A DNA stretch of 64,000 nucleotides from Callorhinchus milii (lineage: Eukaryota): contig NW_024704742.1 in the NCBI RefSeq assembly GCF_018977255.1, positions 74,712,001-74,776,000 of the forward strand. Direction: 5' to 3'. Below are positions 26,397 to 36,589 of the stretch, piece after piece. The stretch's first letter is position 1. Each line of letters begins with the position of its first letter. Below the pieces are notes generated by a model. That model was not told the origin of the DNA, did not search any database, and saw only the letters and a program-made list of their open reading frames with translations. The position numbers and the translations under genes are program-made.

Positions 26397-27665
26397 CATA
26401 ATTGATCTGATAATGCAATACATTTTGAGCACGTACATGTAGGACTTTTTGGATAGTTTTATCTTGAATCAACTGTTGCCAAATACCAGGAGTTGAGGCC
26501 AGGAGTTGTGCCTGTATATAAGGCAACTTTCTTCACAGTTTTGTTTTTCTTTCTGTTCTGGTACCTTTATTTAAATAGTGACATTTGATATTTAGATAAT
26601 GGCAATCACAGAATCTCTGTGCATGCAGGAACTGTGCTACGTCATCCTGTTGCTTAGCAATGACATTATGTGGAAAGGAAAGTTGAGACTGACGAATATA
26701 CAACTGATCCTTCAAACAAAGAGGTTCAACTGTAGTGATTCAAGCAAACGTGAAAAGCGCTATATCAAATGCAAGGATTATTATTATTAAGTTGGTACTT
26801 TTCCTTGCCATCAACCCACAACAGTTGCAGATCTGTTGTAGAAAAATGGTATTCATACCATAGAGAAATCAGTAAACTGGCACTATTAGTACAGTGCTAT
26901 AGACAATTATTTGAGACAGTGAAGGTAACTGGTGCATTGATTGTAGAGCTCACATTTATGCGATAAGTGGTGTTCTGAGCTTAAGGTATATGTTGGATTA
27001 GGACAAATAGGGCTTTGTTCTCCATCGGGCATGTTTTATACATATAACAGTGAGAGATTGATTTTAACCCTGAGTGCCCAAAAAAGAATAATATTAATTT
27101 TTAAGCCCTCACCAAACGAAATGGTCAGGAATTGAATAGACACTATAGCCAGTTAAGGTCAAGGCCTCAAATTTTTCATTCTTAATTGGGAGCTGTGACT
27201 TGTGTTCTTGTGGAAGCACTGGGAGCAATATTTGGATTCTGGAAAAAATAACAGTATCATTGGCATTATTTTCCTCTTCATTCTACTTGGGTTTGTGCCT
27301 GCAACTTTCTGTTCCCACACTCACTTCTGAGTCTCCCTATTGCATTGTTTATTGGCTACGGTAAGTAGGAGCGGAGGCTCTCACAGTTCTCAGCAGCATT
27401 TTTCTGTGAGAGCTGGAATGAGCAATAGTTACAAATTTTGAGGGAAGACTATAATGGACATCAAACATGAAAGGGGAATTCTGAATCAGAAATGCAATGT
27501 GGTTAGGACTTGAATGCTGATTGGGTCAGAAGAAGGTGCTAAGATCTGATTCAAGCTGGGTGTAATATTGAATAAATCATCACAGTTAAAGAAACAAAAG
27601 CTAACAAGGAAAAAATGGCTTGCTGTCCTGACTGCTTTGCCACCGTCCTTTAAATTTCACAAAAC

Positions 27666-27905
27666 TTGACTGTATATTTTGTGGCGAAACACGGCAGACA
27701 ATTGCGCACAGCAGTGTAATAATTCCTTCAAAAAAAAATTGGTCACTCAATCCACAACTGTTTGTCGGACCCTGCTGTGCTCAATTGGCTGTTGCGTTTC
27801 GCCCACAAAATATAGTCAATTCACTTTACAGTACATTCTGTGAAGGCCTTTGAGACGTTTTGAAGTCTTGATAAGGCGTTATATCAAATTCAAGGATTAT
27901 TATTT
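27666..27905 (+). mobile_element. SINE 3' half preceded by an inverted copy of its own internal ~52 bp
   Basis: 27666-27717 is the imperfect reverse complement of 27769-27819. Confidence 0.8.
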
Positions 27906-28014
27906 TAAACCTTAACAGATGGCTTATCAGTCTCATTTCTTTAAAATAGCTTTAAAAACTAAATTTTGTATTGCTGTTTCCGTAGTCTTTACTATCAATT
28001 TGTTTTATCTCCAG

Positions 28015-28090
28015 GAGTGGTAATGAAGAAAAACTCATGGCATTGCTTACTCCACTAAACGTGAACTGTCATGCAAGTGATGGAAGAAAG
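28015..28090 (+). CDS. TNKS: TNKS exon 5 (76 nt): [25 protein letters not shown]
   Basis: ctccag| acceptor, AAG|gtaaga donor (phase 0). Confidence 0.96.
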
Positions 28091-28769
28091 GTAAGAATAT
28101 GCATGTTTTTCAGCTATAATTACTTAAAACTGAAATGCAAGGGAAGAAAGCAAATGCAAATCTTAATTAATGGTTGACTCGTTATTTAAATTAAAAGTTT
28201 GTTCTGCTATTTGATCAGGCTTTTAACAACATGTAGATCTATTGTAGAAAAATAGCATTCATGCCCTGGAGAAATCAGTAAACTGGCACTGTTAGTACTG
28301 TGCTTTAGGCAATTATTTGAGTAAATTGTCAAAAATGCTTTTCCTTTCTCCCTCAAAAAGAGGGATGGACTATTTCAATTTAGTAATGATTCGCTATCCT
28401 TACAATAAACATCTCTGCTACTTACAGTAAGAAGATTTACATCAAACAACATAATCCATTCTGAGCATTTTGAAAATTGATTTATCACATGACATACAAA
28501 AGTCTAAATGTCACTTCTTGAAAAAATGATGATTTGCATGAGGTTCATTTAGAGTAGTGCATTATTGACATGTCAATTTCTAAGATGAATATCCTAACCA
28601 CCATTCATTGTTAGAAAAAGCTCCATCTATGATAGATGAAGATTAGGAATACAAATGAAGATCCAATCCCACTAAGTTCCATTATTGATAGTAGCATTGA
28701 TGTTGGCTGTGGATACAGTACCCCAGATTGCCCTGTCTGAGGAATATGAAAAAGCAAGGGGAGAGAGAA

Positions 28770-29560
28770 AAGACTATTTAGCCTATCACCCTTGCTCTTT
28801 CCACAGACTGACCATTATCGGGGCCTAGCTAGGTCATGTGAGACAGTGTCCTGCAGAAATACTCCCAGATCCTAAAGCAAAACTGCAGAATGTTTAGCCA
28901 TATGAATACCTTCCTACCCTTTGACCATTTATTTCACTAATCTCTATCATTACGTCCAATGATGTATTTGAGCATCTTAGTTTATACTATTCATTTAACT
29001 TCTTATTTTTTAAATTGTTGATTAAAACTACATTTTTCAAGTAAAGTCTAGGGTGAAAGGAGAGTATTGATTAATTTCTAATCTCAAGAATCTTTTCATT
29101 TTTAATTTATCCTCTGGTTCTGTGGTGACTGTCCAGTTAAATAGCCTACTTACATCTACATCATCTATGCCTACAAACCCCTCAATCATTTCTCCAATGA
29201 CTAGTTGATCTCTGCTAGTTTCTAATCAGGAATTAGTACCCTCATTACTATGATCATCCTTGTCTCTTTTCCAATGCATTAAGGTCCCTTCCAACGGTTT
29301 ACATGCATTATTCCAAATATAACCTGACCAGTAATCTATAAAACATTGGATTTGCATATTAATGCCCTTGAGATATACTCTCATTGATTTTGTTGGTGAT
29401 GACTTCATGATGACTCAACATTTTGAGTGATTGATCAATAACTACATCCATAGTTTCCTTTTTCTTCTCCTTTTACCTAAAGCACTTAATTATAGCACAT
29501 ATTTGATGATTACTGTTTCAAAATAATATGTATTACTTTACAGTTATAACAAGCTTTTAC
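28770..29560 (-). mobile_element. Highly decayed CR1 fragment
   Basis: tatcctctggttc, tttccaatgcattaagg..ttattccaaatataacctgacca resemble CR1 ORF2 antisense. Confidence 0.5.
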
Positions 29561-30497
29561 ACCTGAGCATATCTACTTCATTTTTCTAGTGCCCTTTGAA
29601 TACATTTATTGTCATTGCATTTGGCAGATCGATAACATCAGTAAATTTTGTAACATTTGATGTAGACTCTTTCAAATTGTTAGTGATTTGTGTGAATAGC
29701 AGGGGAACCAGAACAGAAATCCGTAGAGGTCTCCTGGTGTCTTCCCTTTTTCCCTGCAGAACTTGTGAAATGAGGAGACAAAAACAAATTAAAGGTTTTT
29801 AAAAAAATGTAAATACTACTTTTTTAAAAATGTAGTTGTTCCCCTAAAATTGAAGATGTTTGCAGCAAATGTTACTACTTTTGACTGGAACTTTCTATAA
29901 CGTAAGCAGATTTGAAGTTAATATTACTGCAGTTTCATTTCAAGATTACAATACATAAATTTCAGAAAATCAATCATTCATTGTGTTAGAATCTACCTGT
30001 TCTGATAACTATGGGTCAGCTTGGCTGACGTATATTTCATTTATAAAGTGCTTGCTGAATATGTTGTGTTGCTGTAATATTTTCAGTTGTATTTCATGCA
30101 CATAACAAAAATTGTGCTGTGTAAGCTTGTCCGCTTTGGAGAAATAATACAAGAATTTAAACATAGTGTAATAAACAGTACAAAGTTAAATCAAACTACT
30201 TTGCACAATTTCTTTCTGCTTTGATCGATGCTGCCATTTATCTGATGAATAAACCTGGTAATATGGTTCTGAAGCTTGTATTTTCTGTCAAGTCTTTCAC
30301 CATAAGTTTCGGCAGGTGGTTGCATGCCACATATTACACGATTACTTAGAGAAGATGTTTTTATTTTGTGCTAATTACTGATGTTATACATCTTTTATTT
30401 TACTATCGCGAATGTTTTTGGCAAAACCTAAGCTCAAATTTGCATATAGTCGTTCCTTTTACTAAATAAGCATTTTTTTTCATTTTTAACATTGCAG

Positions 30498-30545
30498 ACT
30501 GCAGAACCTCACCCCATCAGTCTACGATGTAGAAATGGAAATATG
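30498..30545 (+). CDS. TNKS: Candidate alternative 48-nt cassette exon (TAEPHPISLRCRNGNM) between exons 5 and 6
   Basis: Branch-like actaaat/ttttaac, T-rich tract and ttgcag| acceptor; 16 stop-free phase-0 codons; ATG|gtacac donor; lies in the phase-0 intron 5 in sequence without recognisable repeats. No transcript evidence available. Confidence 0.45.
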
Positions 30546-32269
30546 GTACACTTCTTATGCATTACGGTTGTTTACTGGTATTGCAGTGTCAAATCTATCG
30601 TCTGTGACTTGTTTAATTTTATATCGAAACGTAATGGATGTGGCTACAAGAGTAAATGGCTGTTTGCATAGTTTAAGAATTGCAACTTGCCATGTTGCCA
30701 GTCCGTTTCTTCCCTTCGTTCTTTCCTTTCTACTCTTGTCTCTTTCCTCTTGCAAAATTTCTCCTGATTTCTGCCAGCAATGCTAAATTTGCAGGGAATA
30801 TTGACCAATATGTTTGTAAATCAGGCTGCTACTTTAAAAAACAGTATGTTGCTGATATTGCACTGAAGTAACATGATTTCCTAACAAAATATCTTTAGAT
30901 TTCTGTTATGTATAAAACATTGAATTTCAAGATTCAGGTGACTAAAGCAAAGCTATCTATGAATTCAGTAAAAATGTAAATGGATGCTCAAATAATAGTC
31001 AAACTAATACAATTCCAAATACTAAGAGAGGTAATTACTAATTGAGGCTAATTTAATGAGGCTAATTTAACAATAAGCACGTCTTTGTCTTCTGACTCCA
31101 TGCTGGTGTTTGGTGAAGAGAGATGGCACAGAATCATCAAGGAGTACAGTTTTTAAAACTATCTTTCCCTGTCCACTTCCACTTTCTTTCTCTTTATATC
31201 TTTTAAATACAAATTAATAAAGAATCCTTAATAGATTGAAGTTACTAGTAATATTGTGGCCTTTCAGACTACATTGCTTTTTTTCTTTTGGTGCACTTTG
31301 CAGGTGCTTCTATAGCTTTAGGTTATCAAATAGAAGTTTAGAAATTGGGATCTAGAAGTAGCAAGGCCTCTATTTTTGTGTGCAGCACAATGTACAGTGC
31401 TGAATGGAGAACATAAAACGGTTTTCAATAAAAGTTCTCTATCTTCAATGGCAACCACTAATTGCTTTCAAAAGAGCAAACAACTTCCAGTCATAGAAAT
31501 ATAATTGTTAAAGCATTGGTAGTTTAGCTTTAGAAATCTTAGTGTTTGTGAATCTCTTTGTTTCTCTGTGAGAGAAACAAAGTTCAACTTTTCAATGTGT
31601 TTCAATTACCAACAATGCTCCAACCAAAAGAATGAATAAGCCATAGCCAAACCAATTAGTACTTATAGTACAAAATACTGATCTAGTATGTGAAGCATGA
31701 AGTATTCACATCTTTATTTGCTGCTTATAAATCTCCTGTGACAAAGAATCAAAAGATAGATGTGCTGTTGAAAATCAAAGGCTTATTATCTGGGTCAGAA
31801 TGGTGGACTCGGTTTCCTTTATAGCCATAACCACTGCTTGCTTTTTTNCTAATCTTTGGCAACTAATCAGAATTACTGCATGGAGCCTCATTTGAGTATT
31901 GATAAAGGAATTTTAAAGGAGAGAAAAAAANGCCATATAAAATACATTGCTAAATTTGCATTTTGTTGGCTGATCTGGAACAAAATTGATAGAAGCTATG
32001 AAAAACTCCATGGGTGAGAACATATTTCCCTTGAAGAGGTGCATAAGACATATTTTCCTTGAAGAGGTGCACTCCCTGCTCCTGCAGAACATCGAGCCAG
32101 TACCAGGAATGTCTCTCGAACAGTTTAGTGAACAACTTAGCTACATTGGTGCAAATAGGTTGTCACCATCATCCAGTCTAAAGCTGTCAAATTGAGACTC
32201 TTCTTGGAGCTGTAAAGCTTTGTGAATAGTTGCTTGGAGTCTACATGCCAACCATAACTGCCAGATGTT

Positions 32270-33050
32270 GGAATTATAGCAAAGGAGGAAGCTAATTGGT
32301 CCTTTGAGCCTAAACTGATGCTGACTGCTCTTAATCCTAATTCCCTGCTCTGTTCCCTTAATCTTTTATATTCTTCCTAGTAAAATGTTTACGTAATACC
32401 TTTTTAAATGTGGTTTTGGTCCATGTTTCAATGGCCACTTGGGCTAATGTGTTCCATAACCTTCTGCATGGAAAAAAAAGTTTTCTTCTAACCTCCCCCT
32501 TTTAGTAACAATCTTGACCTTATGCCACCTTGCTGATTTACCAAGCAGCAGGAATAATAACTTATGATCTACCTTCACAATACCCTTCTGAATTTTGAAG
32601 CCCTCTTAATTTTCTTTGTTCAGCTGTCCTCGTAACTGCAAGTTCTTATCATTGGTAACAACAGAGTGAACCTAAGTCGTACCCTTTCCATGCCTTTCTG
32701 TAATGGGACGTCATAGTGGTTCTGCCCCCCATACCATGTACCACACTTAAGCTTGTTAATTTCTGAGCTATGTTTTCTGAATTTGCTTCAACCCCAATTA
32801 CTGCATTGATCACCTGTCTGCGCACTGAACAGCAGGTACATCTTTGGAAGTTCCTGAATTACTCAGTTTGTTTTCATTTGGTACGAGACAACTATGTCCG
32901 TTTCCAAATGATTAATAAAAATGGCAAGTGATGGAAGTCCCAGTATTTTATCCAATAAATACCACCAACGAAATTTAAGAAATCCATTTGCCCTTGCTCT
33001 CTCTACCTTCTACCTTTCAACTATTCCATCAATTTACCTATATTATTAAG
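32270..33050 (-). mobile_element. Decayed CR1 fragment
   Basis: gttccataacc..aaaagttttcttctaacctcccc..aattttgaag..ctcttaat antisense CR1 pattern. Confidence 0.6.
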
Positions 33051-33091
33051 TATCTTTTTTGTCAACTACTTACAATAAATATGGAGTAGTT

Positions 33092-33382
33092 TGGAGTCCT
33101 GTAGCTCAGCGGTTAGAGCACTCACCTCGCAAGTGAGAGACCTGGATTTGATTCCCGGCAGGGCGAAACCTTGGGCAAGTTTCCTTACTCCATATGCCTG
33201 ATAATAATCCTTCAAGAAAAAATAAATAAAAATAATAATTTGGTCACTCAATCCACGACTGTTTGTGGGACACTGCTGTGTGCAATTGGCTGTCAATTCA
33301 CTTCACAGTATATTCTGTGGAGCGCTTTGAAATGTCTAGAAGACATGAAAAGTACTATATTAAATGTAAGGATTATTATTAT
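33092..33382 (+). mobile_element. tRNA-Ala SINE (short form)
   Basis: Full head to (TTA)n tail. Confidence 0.9.
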
Positions 33383-35386
33383 ATTTTATAATGTTTGTCT
33401 TTGTTATAGTTTCTGTATTCATTGTATTGTTACTTTTTCTTTGTGTTTGATCAGCCCTCTTTTTGTTTCATATTAACATCGCCCACGATTTTAACTGCCA
33501 ATTTCTCCTGATGTGGATACCTTATAAAATGCTTTCTGAAGAAAATACAAACATGCAACTTCAATTACATCTCTTCCCATCAACACATCTTTGATGCCCT
33601 GAAAAATAAATGAGTAAAACTGATCCTCTTGGATCAATTCCTGATCCATTTTAAGGATTTACAAATTCCATCCCCAATTATGGTCTTGAAGTTCACCACA
33701 ATTGAGATAAGACTAATTGAACTGTAATTCCATGTTTAATCCCTTTTTGAACATTTATCACCCTCTAGTCCTTTGATACAATAATCTTTTCATCTTCATT
33801 TTTTTTAAAAAAAGGATAGTGGCCAATCTCCTCAATTGTCTTTCAGTATCCTGGGCCGCTTACTATCTCTTGGTTTTACTTTTAAGCTCTTTGGCTACTT
33901 TTTTGTAGTTTGCATTGCAATCTTTAGCTGCAGTTTGTTAACTTTCATGACTTGCTCTGATTGTCCTACACCAGATTTCACCTTCCTGTGTATCAAGCAA
34001 CTCTTAAGAGAAGGGAGTTTCTCTTTGTGCCCTGGCCAACAATCCCCCAAATAAAATTAATCATTCTCTTCAAGGCTGCTTTTGGGATATTGCTGTGCAC
34101 AAATTAGTTGTTGAGTTCGCCAACAAAACACAGTCACCGCACTCTACATTATTATCCCGTGAAGCACTTTAGGATGTCCTCTGGGAGGTATACCAAATTG
34201 ACGGAATATTATTATCTCCCATTCTTTATTATTTTAGATTGATTGCTTTGGCTCTCAAATGATCCCATCTAATTTATAATAACCGCTTACTTTATAAGTG
34301 TTTGTAACATTATAACAACCTGTGCTATTTTTAATGTTGATTACCAATCTTTTTTCATTCCATTTAGGCTTTCTAACTTCCTATTTGCTTCTCTAAATGT
34401 TTTACATTTTTCATTATTTTCTTATGTATAATCAACTATCTCTCAAATGTTACCTTTGTAAACTAATTTTTTTCTGTTTTCCCCATTTAATAATTAGACC
34501 TTTAATGTACCCATTTAGTCTTAGTAGCATACATTTAACTCGTCCCTTACCCATCTCATTTAAATATCTCCAATTTCAAGTATGCAGTTTCATTCGGTAT
34601 CTTTCTAACCAGGTTATGTAGGCTAAGTCTCCTTCATCCCTTTGAAATCTGCTTTCTTGATCTATGTTTTTATCTTATCTCACCATGAATGTTGTAGGTT
34701 ATGATCATTATTTTTATTCTATCCTTTTCAAGCAAACCAATGTAGTTGGTTTGATTGTTCAGCAGTAGATTAAGAATTGAGACTTTGCTTGTGAAAATAA
34801 TATTTGTGCTAGATGTTGGAGGTAAGCAGGGGTAGCTAATATGAACACACAATTGCTTTGCGTAAATAGAACGCTCTAATTTTTCCAATTTACTGATGAC
34901 TGTGGTGTGGTTTGCACATTATGGGTATAATTTCACGGATTCATAAATCATGCAGCTTCAACTTTGCTTTTAATCAATTACCTTTAAAATTTGCTTAATC
35001 ATTGGCTAAAAGCACTGGAATGTTATGCAAGTCCTGAGACTTTAAAATGAATATTGAGCAATCCCTTCAGTAATTTGAAGAAATCAATTTCAAGCAGATC
35101 AGTTCAGCAACAGTAACTTGTATTCTTAATAAGTATTAACAAAACACGATGTGGAAGATATCACATGAAAACGACATGATATCTTCATGAATTGCTGATT
35201 ATGCGTTTTTTAAGAACTTGAGTTGAATGATTTCCTTTCTGGATTTAAAAATGGTGAGGTCGAAGTTCATCAATGCATCCAATTTTCTTTAGATACTTTC
35301 CAAGCTAGTACTTCAAATACACTCTTCATTCAACTAAGAGAATGGAAACTTTTTAAAACAATTGTTGGAATATAGAAACAGGAGTC

Positions 35387-35704
35387 ATAATAATAATAAT
35401 CCTTGCATTTGATATAGCGCTTTTCACGTCTTCTAGACGTCCCAAAGCGCTTCACAGAATATACTGTAAAGTGAATTGACTGTATATTTGTGGGCGAACG
35501 CGGCAGCCAATTGCGCATAGCAATGTCGCACAAACAGTCATGGATTGAAAATGACCAATTTATTATTGTTTTGTTTTGGAGGGATTATTATTAGGCGTGT
35601 GGAGTAAGAAAACTTGCCCAAGGTTTCGCCCTCTGCCTAGAATTGAACTCAGGTCTCTCGCTTGCAAAGCGAGTGCTCTAACCACTGAGCTACAGGACTC
35701 CACA
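35387..35704 (-). mobile_element. tRNA-Ala SINE (short form) inserted into a CR1 3' end, probable TSD ggagt
   Basis: Full-length copy; flanks gaaacaggagt / ggagtaggccattcag. Confidence 0.9.
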
Positions 35705-35708
35705 AAAT

Positions 35709-36005
35709 GGAGTAGGCCATTCAGCCGCTTGAATGTTCCCTTGAAAGCTCTGAGACACTAACCCGCGTGGAGGGTGCTATATAAGTGTAAGTTGTTGTTG
35801 TTGTCCCGCCATTCTATAAGATCATGGCTGATCTGTACCTCAACTCTAATTACCCGCCCTTGTCTCATATCCATTGGTGCCCTGACCAAACAAATATCTA
35901 TCCACCTCAGTCTTAAAAATTTGAGTGAATCCGGAATCAACAGCCTTTTGGGGAAGAGAGTTCCAGATTTTCACTACCCATTGGGGGAAAATCTGCCTCC
36001 TGTTT
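35709..36005 (-). mobile_element. CR1 3' fragment (host of the SINE above), itself interrupted by a + strand retro-tail at ~35735-35803
   Basis: gtaggccattcagcc..ccgccattc..aagatcatggctgatctg..gagagttccagattttcactacc. Confidence 0.8.
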
Positions 36006-36589
36006 TCACTCCTAAATTACACTTTTGTTTGCATGAAAATTAGCCATTTCTCACTGAGATTGGTCATGCATGCTTACCCATGTTTACACACTAGATTGAA
36101 GATTCACGTAAGACCTCCACACAATGCATTAGGCTTTTATGCTCAGCCTTTATTTTTGTCCATCCCCTCTTTTATGGTCACCCTGGCTGTGAAATATTGC
36201 AAATTTGTAGTCTTTTCTTTCCTCTTCCTTGCTCCCCATTCCTTTTCCCCTACCCAACAGGAACCGTCTATCATCTAAGCCACTTTGGAGACGAGAAGAG
36301 GTCACGAGTGAGTCTACTGTACCATTCTATGCAGCTTCCTGAACGTGGTCCTTTTGTGTTATTGGTGCCAACACTTTAACATTGATGTCCGATATTCATT
36401 TTATGGGGCAGGATCACTGTTGCTATGATGTCCAGTGATTGTGTATTCCAATTGTTCATAGCAATTAACTTAAGTTTGGTTCAGATCTGTACAGTGTTTC
36501 TATCAAGAGTAGGACTATTAATGCTATCGTGCTCAATTATAAGATTAGGTATAAGACAACCAATCTTGTGCTTAATTCCTATATCCACT

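Noticed and set aside
31848..31931. Two single N bases
   Set aside because: Ambiguous calls next to homopolymer runs; assembly artefact.
32020..32071. Short tandem duplications (also ~31043-31070, ~45756-45783, gtgaaattgta x3 at ~9128-9160)
   Set aside because: Ordinary slippage duplications with no further structure.
33092..33165. tRNA-like sequences (also at ~4540-4608, 12105-12174, 35630-35704, 50042, 55803)
   Set aside because: SINE heads running into SINE bodies, with no proper acceptor stem or Pol III terminator; not tRNA genes.
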